Shown: piece by piece, positions 1 to 16,601 of the stretch
How positions within the stretch are numbered: position 1 is the first letter of the stretch
Layout of the letters: every line of letters starts with the position of its first letter
NCBI RefSeq assembly: GCF_009914755.1
Contig: NC_060926.1
From: the human T2T-CHM13v2.0 reference genome, Homo sapiens
Length of the DNA: 64,000 bases
Reading direction: 5' to 3' (one strand)
The notes under the pieces: model-generated
Databases searched by the model: none
Seen by the model: the letters and a program-made list of their open reading frames with translations, nothing else
Told to the model about the DNA's origin: nothing
Position numbers and translations under genes: made by a program

Positions 1-3482
<3,482 letters not shown>

Positions 3483-3483
3483 A

Positions 3484-3730
3484 ATTTACTGAATATTTTA
3501 AGCCCATTGTTGATACCTACTGCTCAGAAAAAAAAAAATCACTTCAAAATATTAGTGCTCATTTACAATGCTCCTAGTCAACTGAGAACTCTGATGGAGA
3601 TGTAAAAAGAGATTACTGTTGTTTTCATGCCTGCTAACAAAACATTTATTTTGCAGCCCATGGATCAAGGAATAATTCTGATTTTCAAGTATTGATTTTA
3701 AGAAATACATTTCATAAGGCTATAGCTGCT
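3484..3730 (+). mobile_element. Tigger1 (pogo/TcMar) transposase fragment
   Basis: Translates to FTEYFKPIVDTYCSEKK...VVFMPANKTFILQPMDQGIILIFK, the Tigger1 DDE-domain QPMDQG motif. Confidence 0.9.
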
Positions 3731-5494
3731 GTATTTATGACATTTTCATGCTGTTTGGGTTGCTATAGCCTTGTAGGATATTTTGAAATTAAGTAGTGTG
3801 ATGCCCCCAGCTTTGTTCTTTTTGCTCATAGTTGCTTTGGCTATTTGGAGTCTTCTGTGGTTCCATATAAATTTTAGGAATTTTTTTCTACTTCTGTGAA
3901 GAACATCTTAGGTGTTTTGACAAATATTACAATGAATCTGTAGATTGCTTTGGATAGTGTGAACATTTTAAAAATATTAAGTCTTCTAAGCCATAAGAAA
4001 GTGATACTTTCCATTTTATTGTGTGCGTCTTCTCTTCAATTTCTTTCATCAGTATTTTATAGTTTTGTATAAAGATCTTTCACTTCTTTGATTAAATTTA
4101 TTCCTAGGTACTTTTTGTAGCTATTATAAAAGTGACTGCCTTCTTGATTTTTTTTTCAGATTGTTTGCTATTGATGTGTAGAAGCACTACTAATATTTTT
4201 ATGTTGGTTTTGTAACCTGCAATTTTGCTAAATTTGTCTATCAATTCTAACAGTGTTTTTGGTGGAGTGGTTAGGATTTCCTATATATAAGATCAAGTAG
4301 TGTGCAAACAGGGACTATTTAACTTCTCCTTTCCCAATTTGAATACCATTTTTTCTCTTTTTACTGATTGCTTTTGCTAGAAATTCTATTATTATGATGA
4401 GTAGAAGTGACAAGAGTGGACATCCTTGTCTTGTTCCTGATCTTGGAGAAAAAGCTTTCAATTTTTCACCATTGAGTATGATATTAGCTGTGGATCTGTC
4501 ATACAAATATGGTCTTTATTTTGTTGAGGTATACTTCTTCTATATCTAATTTGCTGAGAGTTTTTATCATAAGCAGATGTTGAATTTTGTCAAATGCCTT
4601 TTCTGCATCTACTGAGATGATTGTTTGATTTTTGTCCTTCATTCCGTTAGTATGGTGTATCACATTTATTGATATGCACATTTGAATCACCCTTGCATCC
4701 CAAGGATAAATCTCCCTTGATCATAGTGAATAATCCTTTTAAATGCTGTTGAATTCAATTTGTTAGTATTTTGTTGATTTTCGCATTTCTGCTTCTCAGG
4801 GATACTGGCCTGTAGCTTTCGTTTTTGGTGCGTCCTTGTCTGGTTTTGATATCAGGGTAATGTTAGCTTCATAGAATGAGAATAGAAGTATTCCCGCCTC
4901 TTCAACTTTTTGGAATAGTTTGAGTAGAATTGGTGTTGGCTCTTATTTAAATCTTTTATAGATTCAGTAGTGAAGCCATCAGGTCCTGGGCTTTTCTTTG
5001 ATGGGAGACTTTTTATTACTGTTTTAATCATGTTATACATTATTGGTCTAAACAGGATTTCTATTTTTTTCATGGTTCAATCTTGGTAGGTTCTATATGT
5101 CCAGGAATTTATCTATTTGTTAGTAGGTTTTACAATTTGTTGGCATATAGTTACCATAGTAGTCTCTAATAATCCCTTGTATTTCTGTGTTATCAGTTGT
5201 AACGTCTTCTTTTTGATCTCAGATTTTATGTGAGTCTTCTCTCTTTTTGCTTAGTCTAGCTAAAGATTTGTCAATTTTGTTTATCTTTTCAAAACACCAA
5301 CTTTTGTTTCATTGATCTTTTTTAAGTCTCCATTTCATTTATTTTTGCTCTAATCTTTATTATTTATTTCCTTCTACTACTTTTATGTTTGGTTTGTTCT
5401 TACTTTTCTATTTGCTTGAGGTGCATCATTAGGTTGTTTATTCAGCCTTTCTACTTTTTGATATAGGTGTTTATTGCTAAGAACTCCTGTCTTA

Positions 5495-5666
5495 AGGATA
5501 TTTGTCAGTAATATTCACTACTGTATGCTCAGCACCTAGAAAAATTTATGGCAAATAGGATACATTTTTAAAATTTTGTTTAGTTAAAATTTTAATTAGG
5601 ATTTTGCCTATCTTAACAACATTATATTTCAACCAGTAAATAGCAGTTTCAAGCAAAAACAAAAAC
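5495..5666 (+). other. Retroposed non-L1 insert (L2-end-like sequence) with A-rich tail and degenerate TSD
   Basis: Host L1 breaks at 5494 and resumes ~5667. AGTAAA at 5635-5640, tail AAAAACAAAAACAAAA, flanks aagaactcctgtctta / aaaactcccctccta. Confidence 0.6.
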
Positions 5667-5895
5667 AAAACTCCCCTCCTAGAACTGCTTTTGCTGTATC
5701 CCATAGGTTTTGGTATGTTGTGTTTCCATTTTCATTTTTCTCTAGGAAATTTCTAATTTCTTTTTTTATTTCTTCATTGACCCATTCATTATTAGAAGTA
5801 TGTTATTTAATTTTTATGAATTTATAGTTTCCAATATTACTTCCATTATTGATTTCCAGTTTACTCCACTGTAGTCAGAAAAAATACTGGATGTT

Positions 5896-6260
5896 ATTTT
5901 GTTGTTTTTTGTTTTATTTTATTTTAACTTCTGGGATACATGTGCAAGATGTGCAGGTTTGTTACATAGGTAAACATGTGCCATGGTGGTTTACTACACC
6001 TATCCATCATCTAAATATCAAGACCCACATGCGTTAGCTATTTATCCTGATGCTCTCCCTTCCCCCACCCCTCCAACAGGCCCCAGTCTGTGTTGTTCCC
6101 TTCCTTGTGTCCATGTGTTCTCATTGTTCAGCTAATACTTATAAGTGAGAACATGCAGTGTTTGGTTTTCTGTTCTTTTGTTAGTTTGCTGAGGATAATG
6201 GCTTCCAGCTCCATCCAAGTCCCTGCAAAGGACATGATCTCATTCTTTTTTATGGCTGTT
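5896..6260 (-). mobile_element. 5'-truncated L1PA 3' end (L1PA8-13-like) nested in the older L1
   Basis: T-rich tail, then gatacatgtgcaagatgtgcaggtttgttacataggtaaacatgtgccatggtggttt, the typical L1PA 3'UTR in reverse. Confidence 0.9.
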
Positions 6261-8224
6261 CTGTTTTTTTTTTTTTTTAATTTGTTAAGAATTGTTTTGT
6301 GACATGCCGTGTGGTCTGTCTATCCTAAAAGATTTTCTGTGTGCTGTTGAGAAATATGTGTACTCAGCAGCTGTTGGATGGAATGTTTTGTAAATGTCTG
6401 CTGTTAGGTCCACTTGGTCTAGAGCACAATTTAACTCTGATTTTTTTGTTGGTGTTGATTTTCCCTCTGGACAATCTGTCCATTGTTGAAAGAGGATGTC
6501 AAAATCCCCTACTATTACTGTGTTGCAGTCAATCTCTCCTTTTAGGTCTACTAATATTTGTTTTATATATTTGTGTGCTCCAGTGTTGGGTGCATATATA
6601 TTTATGATTGTTATATCCTCTTGCTGTGCTGACCCCTTCATTATTATATAATGGCCTTCTTTGTCTTTTTTATCATTCTTGACTAAAAGCCTATTTTATC
6701 TGATGTTAAGTATAACTCCTGCTGCTCTTTCTTGGTTTCCATTTGCATGGAATATCTTTTTCCATTCCTTCACTTTCCACCTGTGTGTGTCTTCATAGGT
6801 GAAGTGATCTTGTAGACAGCATGTAGTTGGGTCTTGTTTTTTTTTTAATCTATTTAGTCACTCTATGTCTTTTAATTAGAGAATTTAATCAATTTACATT
6901 CAAATTTATTATTGATAGGTAAAGGTTTACTATTGCCATTTTATTACATGTTTTCTGGTTGTTTTATAGATTCTTTCTTTCTCTTTTCCTCTTTTGCCAT
7001 ATTCCTTTGTGCTTAAGTGATTTTCAGTAATACATTTTGATTCTACACTATTTATTTTGGTATATCTATTATAGGTATTTGCTTCGTGGTTACCATGAGG
7101 CTTACAAAAAGCACATTATAACAGGTTATTTTAAACTGATAATGACTTACCTTTGATCACAAAGAAAAGTAACCAAAAAAAATCTCTGCACTTTAATACC
7201 ATTCTCCCCCACATTTTGACTTACTGATGTTTCCGTTTATATCATTTTATGTTGCCTATCTCTTAGCCAATTGTTACAGTTATTGATTTTAATAATTTTG
7301 CCTTTTATTCTTTATACTTAAGACATAGGTGATTTAGTTACCCCAACTAAAGTATTAGAGTATTATAAATTTGTCCGTTTCTTTCTTTTGTAAGGTAATT
7401 GCTTTCTTTCATAGGCCAGGATGCATAGAATATATGAAAATGAGAAGACAACAATTTTAAGACTACAAAATTTTACCATCTTGAATCTTTTGAAAAAGCT
7501 ACCAATCATCTCCACTTACAAAGCTTGAAAAGCAAAAATTTTACCTATATAATTTTTAGACAATCATATAATGGCTTTATAAGGCCACCAGGCTATTAAA
7601 GGAGAATGCAGAGTATTGTAGATGCTTCAAACCAATGAAAAGTATTCAACTTACACCTAAAACAGATAAATTATTTTCCCTTTACCCATAATTTATCTTC
7701 TAATTTTACCAGCAGCATTCTGTCAGCCCAGTACACTAAAACCACATTGGTAGGAAAATGTCAGTCATGTTTTCTTCTTACATTCTATGAGTTATTAACC
7801 AAGAGCACAGCTGGATGATTAACAACTTGTCTTAGTGCAAAATGTTCCAATTGCACCCTGACTGCCAGAATTTTTTTTCATTTTTTATTTATAATTTTCC
7901 TGGCAAGCATATTGTTAACTTTACCTCTCTGTAGTTAACTACCAAATGTGAACAATAAGTTATTGAACTTATCAGCTTTCCTATTCTTCCTATTCTTCTA
8001 AGCAAGTCTAGTTTCTGCTTAGAGGAAATATTCACTAGAAAGATTTTAACAAATGAAAGAGTAGAACAGAGCAAACAACATAAAATAGAGAAGACAGTCC
8101 TTTGAAAAATATTTTAAGATACCAAAATGTCTAATACTGATGAGAATGAAAAGGCATATGATACAAATAAAATTAAGTAAAAAGGGGAAGTAATTAGATA
8201 TGTAAGTTTTTTTAATTATAAGCC

Positions 8225-8850
8225 AGTTTTTGGATCAGCTATATGCTAGTAAATTTTAAGATAGAAGATATGCATAAGTTCCTAGACTATAAAATTACAA
8301 GTTGACACAAACAGAAATACAGAATTTAAATAGAAGAAAACATACTAAAAAATGTAAATAGTAGTCAAAATAAATAAATATTCAAAATCTATAAAATGAC
8401 AATTTTTTTCCTCTTCCTTTCCAAAACTAACACCTTTCATTAACTTTTTAAAAAAATTTCTTTCTGCATTGTGTAGGAACTTCAATGCTCTCAAATACAA
8501 TTAGTAATGGTGAAATCCTTGTCTTCTTGCCCATCTGGAAAGGTAATGCATCTAAAGTTTCTCCATTAAGTATAATACTTGCCAAATGTTTTTAATAGAT
8601 CACCTTTATCAGGTCCAGGAAGCATATTTCTTATAGGTTTCTGAATTTATAAATTTACAAATGTCTTCTAAACTTTATCAAATCCTTTTTTTCCATTTGT
8701 AATTAAAATTATCATATGTTTTTTCTCCTTAATTAATGTGGCAAATTACTATTATTGCTTTTTCGCATGCTAAAGCATCTTCACATTCCTAGGATAAACC
8801 CTATTTGATTATGATATATTCTTATTCTTATTTGTATTATTTATCAATTT
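8225..8850. mobile_element. Ancient L1M ORF2 fragments: ~8225-8375 (+) and ~8400-8850 (-)
   Basis: Degenerate matches to L1 ORF2, e.g. atccttgtcttcttgcccatct...tctccattaagtataatacttgc and ttcctaggataaaccctatttgattatgat. Confidence 0.55.
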
Positions 8851-9697
8851 ATTATCAATTTTTTCAACATTATTACTTACGGAAATAATAATTTCAATTT
8901 AAATTCAATGAATTCACCCACCTAGAAAAGTATGGTACTAACAGCCTCTTAATACTAATAAGAGATTTCAGAAAGATTATCAAATAACAGATCAACTTCC
9001 TCTTCATTACCATCTCTCCCAAGTCATGAGTGGCATTGGAATCTGGCAAGAGGAAGTGGAATTGATGATTCATTTAGTTTGAGTTTCATGGAGTAGATCT
9101 AAAGTTCACAGTCACTCCCACATAGACTGAAGTGATTGCTAGCCTTCTCATAATAGGAATGACTTCCATGAATCCTGCTATAACCCACCGTGTTGACCCA
9201 CCTGTCATGTAGACACAAAGGCATAGGCAGACTGTCTTACACTGGGGAAATATGTTCATACAGGAAGGGAAACAAGGTCTTAAATGTAGAAAACCAGAAA
9301 TTAGTCTAAGGAAAATTCTTCCAGTCATCATATCTAAAAAACGCAAGCAATGAATCCAGCCTCACCTGTGCCTAGTCAAAAGAGAAGTAATCTGTCAGGA
9401 ACACATGCAATAATGCAATTAATGCAGTTATTACATGAACACACATGTTCTTCTTTCTGAATTTTGTGAAATAGTATTTATCAGAATGTCCAGGTTTCTT
9501 GGACAAAAATCTGTAGCTGCACTACTAAGAGTATATCTGCTTGTGATACTATGTGTTCTCTGCATTCCAATTATCAGTAAGAAATTATTTTGATTAACTA
9601 TACAAGAGAAAGACTGAATTACCTTCTGACTCTCCCTACATATAGAATATAACAAAAATTTCTACACTTGAATAGGTGATTAAGAAGTATATAGCAA

Positions 9698-10305
<608 letters not shown>

Positions 10306-10439
10306 AAAGTATGTAGCCAAAGAATATAAGAAAAAATATAGAGGGATATAAGATAGTATCAAATACTTTTTTCTAAATCATGTGATGTCTTTGGAATTTT
10401 TCAGCCAATCTGTAATTTGTTATAATTTTATTTCTCAGT

Positions 10440-10540
10440 TTAAATATTCACTTTCATCATTAATTCTATATAAGCAGTTTATATTCCATTTGTTTTAAAA
10501 GGGCTGCCAAAATTATATGAGCTTCAGACACCACCCTAGC
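10440..10540 (-). mobile_element. Possible hAT MER (MER53-like) terminal fragment
   Basis: aaagggctgccaaaattatatgagcttcagacacc resembles the reverse complement of a MER53-type terminus. Confidence 0.3.
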
Positions 10541-10779
10541 TTTAAGTCATGGTTAGTTATTCGCAGTTGCTTTCTACTCACTGAATACTCCTCATGCCTC
10601 TATATTTTTGCATGTTGAAATTTTCTCTAATTTTCAAGGTAAGTCCATCTTGAATGACAGAGACAATTTATCCAAAAACAATGAACTCAGTATTGTAAAA
10701 CCTGGATTGTCTTCCTAAATCAAGCCTTGCTCAGTACTAGCACCAACTTTACGGAGACACTTAACTTCTTCCTATGAAG

Positions 10780-11520
10780 AATCTCAGTTCTGCCACTTGT
10801 CAGTTCTATGGCCTTGGCTAGCTGTTTAACACATTAGTGCCTTAATTTGCTCATCTGTAAAATGGAGACAATAACACTGGGCAAGGATAGGGTTATCTTA
10901 TGGCTGCACTGGGGCAGCTCTGTGCTTATCTCCATGGATGCCTGGAAGTCTGTTACTGACCCTTGGTCAAAACAAGAATGGGAAGTAATAGCTAGTGATT
11001 TAGAACATGTCATTTAAAGTTCAAAACTCCCCTGGAGGCACTCCATATTATCTTGTCTACATTATTTAGGATATATGGATTGATGGTTTGCATCTGGTTT
11101 AACTTGTTACACAGCTTGGCTGTAGCAAAGTGACCAGTAAAGGTGAAAAAGGCCCTTCAGTAAACCTGCATTTGAACTATGCTGAACTTAGACACCCCAC
11201 ACATATCTGAAAAGTGCATAATCCAAAGATGAAATGTCTCATGTGCAACTGAGAAAAGACCTTGACAGGTCTGCAGTGGGTGTTTTCAGACATCCTATGA
11301 TTGCCTACACTTTCCTTCTCCTCATGTCCTATATTATTTGCAATCATTACAGCCTTACATGAGTGTACCCTGTGGAGTCTTGAGAGTTCTTTTATTTTGA
11401 GATCTTGTATAGCACCATCAAAAGGCCCTTGTAAGGATTAATTGAGCTAAGAAATGTAAAGCACTTAGCACACTGCCTTACCAGTAATAAGCGTTCCATA
11501 AATGACAGCCATGATTATTC
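10780..11520 (+). mobile_element. MIR split by an LTR (MIR at ~10780-10877 and ~11410-11520)
   Basis: MIR core ttctgccactt...ctcatctgtaaaatggagacaataa, resuming with ttgtaaggattaattgag...gtaaagcacttagcac. Confidence 0.8.
10878..11410 (+). mobile_element. Old ERVL-class solo LTR (LTR40/41-like; family uncertain)
   Basis: ~530-bp insert starting TG inside a MIR, flanked by aacac/agcac. 3' part has a catgagtgtaccctgtggagtcttgagagttct LTR-type motif. Confidence 0.5.
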
Positions 11521-11616
11521 ATATTTTCCCTCTTTCCAATAAGGTCCAGCCCCCACCCCATTAATGACAACATTGAGATGGAATTAATTGCTTCCATGAA
11601 CTATTATTATCTGTAG

Positions 11617-11826
11617 CAGTGGTTCTCAACAAAGAGCTATTTTACCCCTCAGGGGACAATTGGCAATGTCTGAAGACATTTTTGGTTGTCACAACTGGGA
11701 GAAAGGTACCATTGACATCTGGTAATTACAGACCAAGAAAGCTGCTAAACACCACCCCAGGACAGCCTCTCACAACAAAAAATTATTTAGCGCAAAAAGT
11801 CAATAGTGCCAAGGTGGAGAACACTG
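11617..11826 (+). mobile_element. MER20 (hAT-Charlie)
   Basis: cagtggttctcaac...ggggacaattggcaatgtctgaagacatttttggttgtcacaactggg...gtcaatagtgccaaggtggagaacactg, with terminal inverted repeats. Confidence 0.9.
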
Positions 11827-11897
11827 GTCCAAGTCACTCTTATTGTTTATCTTAATTACCATCACATTCCTCAAGCACCAGGCATAGATCCCCGCAG

Positions 11898-11941
11898 GTG
11901 CGTGCATGTGTGCATGTGGGTGTGCTTGTGGGTGTGCTTGT
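11898..11941. repeat. Degenerate (TG)-rich microsatellite
   Basis: gtgcgtgcatgtgtgcatgtgggtgtgcttgtgggtgtgcttg. Confidence 0.7.
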
Positions 11942-12511
11942 ATTCAGTAAAAGTCAAACCTATAAGATGGCCTGAAAATTTCTCCTGCCTAGCCAAAGAA
12001 CTACCTCTCTTTATGGCAAGCTGACTGAAGAAGGGCCTCTTCCTTTTGCTGTTGCTGCTTACCACAAGTGTTAGCTACATGCAGGGAATCAAAGAATGAG
12101 AACTTTGTGCTACAATATCAGCTCTTCTGGAGGTTTGTGCGTCTTCCCAATTATATCATTGTCACGACTTTCTCAAATCAGGCGAGAAATGCTTGTCCAC
12201 TCTCTGGTCTTTCTTTCATCCCTAGAATGAGATTGTGCATCCTCCACCAGAAACTCTCCCGAAGGCTGTAAGTGTTGGCAGACGATCTCATTTTATTTCT
12301 ATCCAATGCCTGCAAAGTGAATCTAGCGCATAGGAAAACAACTGTGGCAACCACATACTCAGAAATTCTCCCTCACTCTTGCTCCTCACAGAAAACTACG
12401 TAAGACTATATTCCAATGACATTCTGGAGGTCATTTTTATTTTTTCCCAGAGTATGTTCATAACACTTTACACAACCCATACCCTAGGAGTATATCTGAT
12501 ATTTTCCTTTT

Positions 12512-12621
12512 AAGGTGACCAACTGCCCCAATTGGCCCAGGACTTTCTCAGGTTGAGTATTGATAATCCCATGTTCTCAGAAACCCCTCTGCCCCAGACA
12601 AACTATGATAGTCAGTCCCTC
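12512..12621 (+). mobile_element. MER81 (hAT-Blackjack)
   Basis: aaggtgaccaactgcccc...ggccc aggact...gaaacccctctgccccagacaaact...gtccct, ~110 bp. Confidence 0.75.
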
Positions 12622-14539
12622 AACTCTTACTCAAGTGCTTCTTAGCATGTAAAACAGCTACATTTTAATAAATGTTGTGATAAAGCAAAATTCCACATAT
12701 TGACTTCCATGTTTTATTGAACGTAATTACTACATTGGAGTGGTTCTCCAGGACATTCTTTCTCCCAGATCGACTACACTACTATTGCCTTTATATGGCC
12801 AGTGCTGTCAAAGCACAACACTGAGGTCACTCACACTAAGAAGCCACTTTCCACATTATTTACACAGTGGATAGGACAGAATCCAGAGCTTTACCTAAAC
12901 AGCTTCTTCCCCAGAGCTTAGCTCCAAGACAAGCATCTTATTCAACATAAATAACAACTGAAACACTCTATCTACTGTCACAACTACTAGTAATCCAACC
13001 CATCACTCTAATTTATATTTCCAGTATCAAGTCCTTCAGATGTGTGTAATTCATCTTCATGTGACAGCAGAAAGAATTCATATTGCCTGCCATGGGCCTT
13101 CATTACTGAAAATATTACTACAAATATTTTAAATTATATTTCTATTATAATTGTAATTACATTATTACTGAAAATAAGCAGCCATCTGTTTTTATGGCAG
13201 TCTTTACTTGGATAGGTCCCATTTTTAAGCAATCTAGATTTTAATGGATTTTAGCTTTTAAGTCAAACATCTTCATTTATAACAGATTTATTTTCCAACT
13301 CTTCTACCTTCAAATGCCTTACAATAGCCCCACCCTTATCCCCATTTTTATTATATAAACATATAACAAATAATTGTGTTTCTTTTCTCTTGTTTCTCAG
13401 CAATCCTGTGAATTAGCTAGCTCAGTTATTGTTATTCTCATTTTAATTTTTATAGACGAGCAAACTTATTTGACATCAAAACAGAAAAAGATAAGTTCCC
13501 TTTGAGAATGTATAACTGTGTTATTGTATTTGCAGTCTAGAAACATACCTTAAATTCATAGTGTTTCATTCAATCCCTCTGAGTTATTTCAGTATCTCAT
13601 TTGCTATGATAACATCATTAATAAAAACCATCCACATCACCAGCCACTGGCTGATCCAACTTCAAGTGCTGATACACCTCACACTGCACAACATACATCG
13701 GATAGTAAATGTTAAGAAAAATCACTGGTTTTCCAAGGGGGAAAAAAAAACACTAGAATTCATCACAAATGAAGATCGATTCACATTTAAGCAAATACCA
13801 AAATTATTCAGCAGTTGAATTCCTGTTAATATACTTTCCTTCATGCATTACCTAACACTGAAGTCAACATCTCTAATGTAAGATAATTTTTAAAAGTCTA
13901 CTATATTAAATCACCAGTAGAATGCATTCATTAGATAAAGTTAACTGTAGTATTAACATAACTTGATACAAAATAGCAGTCTTTGTACAACATAAATGGT
14001 GAAAGGAACTGGATGAGTTTATACCAAAGGAAAGTCCTTAATTCTTTTGCCACAGCCAAGACTTTCTCCTTTCCTAATGAATGATTCGGATTTCTACACC
14101 CTACCCATTCTGTAGGTACACAGTAAATCAGTTGAACCATGTACTATATAGTTAACTCGGCCTATTCAGGTGATCATAAAGAAAAAAGGAAAAGCTTGTT
14201 TCTTGAGAAGTTCCATCCTTCTAAATTTACTTCCTCACTAATGAACAGAGGTCACCTATCTACTACAATACAGTAAACAGAAGTGATTTCATTTGTGCCA
14301 TGAGAATGTGTCCTGCTTCAGCTGCTTACAAGCAAATAATAACACTAAATGTTTGTTTTGTCTAGACAACACATTAAATTCAAAACATGGCTTCAAATAA
14401 AATAAAACATGAAATATATAAGCATTTGTAACTAACTGGAAGAAGAAAGTTACTGTGACTTACCAAAGATTTAAGTTAGAGCATGTATCACTAATACTGA
14501 AAAATCATATTATAAATGTATGTTTTGAACTAGTCTTAC

Positions 14540-14830
14540 CTAATTTTGAAGACTGTCAAGTTTTTTTTATTAATATCACTACCCTCCAACAATCTTAAAG
14601 TATATTTTGTCTGACATTAATACAGCTATGCCAAATTTCTTTTAGTTTGCATTTGATTATTATTTTTTATCTTTTTATGCTTAAACTTTCTGTATCCCTA
14701 TGCCTCAGATATCTATTTTGTATGTAGAATATAGATAATTTCATTTTTGCTTTATTTTTCAATCTGCTAATCTCTATCTTTTAACTGAGGGAGTTTGATA
14801 CATTCGTTTTCATTGAGATTATTCAAACTC
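14540..14830 (-). mobile_element. Ancient L1M (ORF2 5' region) fragment
   Basis: cttaaagtatattttgtctgacattaatacagctatgcca...aatctgctaatctctatcttttaactg. Confidence 0.7.
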
Positions 14831-15259
14831 CTGAAAGTTTTTTGAATATCTATATATTCTGAATTTTATATTAATTGTTAACTTTTGTGTGTATTACCTA
14901 TGAATTTTGATTATTATAGTAGAAGGACATTTGTACTGATAAAATTGAGAGCCAGTATTCTACGATAATGTGACTAAATAAACTCTTGAGTCATTTCTAA
15001 GAAAATTACATAATTCCAAAACAAACATTCCAAATATATTTGTAATAGCTTCATGGGCAAAAGATGAGTTTTGCTTTGACTATGTTTTCCAACAATGGTT
15101 GGTTGGTTTGTGTTAGTTTTCCGATTGCATGATGAGGTCTAGCAGGTCACACGACTGAACTTCAGTATGCACTCAATTCTTCCTCATGTATTGATTAAAG
15201 ACCATAAACCTCATGTGTCAAGACACTGTATCAGCTTTACCCATAAATTTATTGGGCAG

Positions 15260-15670
15260 GTAATAATAACAAAAGTTAATGCATATAGCACATACTGTAT
15301 GCCAGGCATTGTTCTATGTGCTTTACATTTTTTGACTCATTAATACTCCCAGCAAGTCTGTTATGCTGCCACAATGGTCACCAAATGACTCCCTGTTGCA
15401 TTTAATTTTCTCCGTCATCTCATCTCTACCTCTAATTGTACTTTTTTCTCTCTCCATTGTCTTTTTTCTGGCTTTAGGAATGGGTGGTGTGGTAAAGCTG
15501 AAAGAGCAATGAGTTATGAAGTCTAAGAAATGCATTTCAAATCCAATTTCTAGTATCACTTGATGGCTTGGCAACCTTGAACAAGTTCCTATTCCCCTCA
15601 TCTGCAGAACAACAATAAAAATATCTATTTCATAGAGTCATTATAAGAATAAAATAATGTGTGAAAAGAG
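15260..15670. mobile_element. Two MIR fragments: ~15260-15370 (-) and ~15500-15670 (+)
   Basis: tactgtatgccaggcattgttctatgtgctttaca; accttgaacaagtt...ccctcatctgcagaa. Confidence 0.7.
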
Positions 15671-15829
15671 GTGTTCAATGTGTTTTATTTCTCTCCTCAT
15701 CATCACATTAATAGTGTAAAGTCAACAGAATTATATAAACTTGTCATAACAGCAACATAAACTTTTGATATATAATTTCAACAAGTCATTTTCAGAGATG
15801 TCATCTCTGGCTGTCACATTATCTAAAAT

Positions 15830-16010
15830 AAAACACACACACACAATCACACTCAACACATAAAGCCACACACAACACGTGACACAGAAAATGTATAACC
15901 ACATACAATCATACTCAACACCCATACAACATGCACATACAACACATACAACATACATAGATAATAAACAATCTTCTTCTATAAACACATATACTCACAT
16001 ACATAATTTC
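15830..16010. repeat. Decayed (CA)/(CATA)-rich low-complexity tract
   Basis: Runs of acacac, acatac and acaac over ~180 bp. This explains the Cys/Val-rich ORF at 15731-15988. Confidence 0.8.
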
Positions 16011-16186
16011 ATAGGCCCAAAACGTATTTTATTTCCTTTATAGGATTTATTCAGTATCTGAAATTATACAATTGACTGACTGACTTATTAAATACCAATG
16101 CTCACAGGAACAGAAACATTAATGGAAAGGGAAAGTGACACAGCTAGCTAGTATGTGCTAAAAAAAAGGCTAAGTCTGACAGGATG

Positions 16187-16601
16187 TGATACATTATGGA
16201 AATTTGTCTCCTCCAAATTTCGTGTTGAAATGTAGTCCTCAATGTTGGAGGTGGGGCCTGGTGGGAAGTGTTTGGATCGTGGGTGCAGATTCCTCATGAA
16301 TGGTTTAACACCATCCCCTTGGTGATAAGTGAGTTCTCCCTCGAATAGTTCCTGTGAGTTCTGCTTGTTTAAAAGAGCATGGCACCTCCCCCTTCCCCAC
16401 ATCTCTTGCTTTTGCTATGAGATGTGCCTGCTCCCCCTTTGCCTTCCACCATGATTGTAAGCTTCCTGAGACCTCACCAGGAGCAGATGCTAGTGCCATG
16501 CTTCCTGTAAAGCCTACAGAACTGTCAGCCAAATAAACTTCTTTTCTTTATAAATTATCCCGTCAGGTATTCCTTTGTAGCAACGCAAAAACTGACTAAC
16601 A
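16187..16601 (+). mobile_element. MST (MSTA/MSTB) MaLR 5' LTR
   Basis: tgat...aatgttggaggtggggcctggtggga...ccttccaccatgattgtaagcttcctgag...aaataaactt...gactaaca. Confidence 0.92.

Larger units (their letters stand above)
3745..7375 (-). mobile_element. Older L1 (L1PB/L1MA class): ORF2 EN-RT region plus inter-ORF spacer, interrupted at 5495-5666 and 5896-6260
   Basis: ORF2 peptides [49 protein letters not shown]2 start MAIVNLYLSII at ~6939. Confidence 0.9.
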
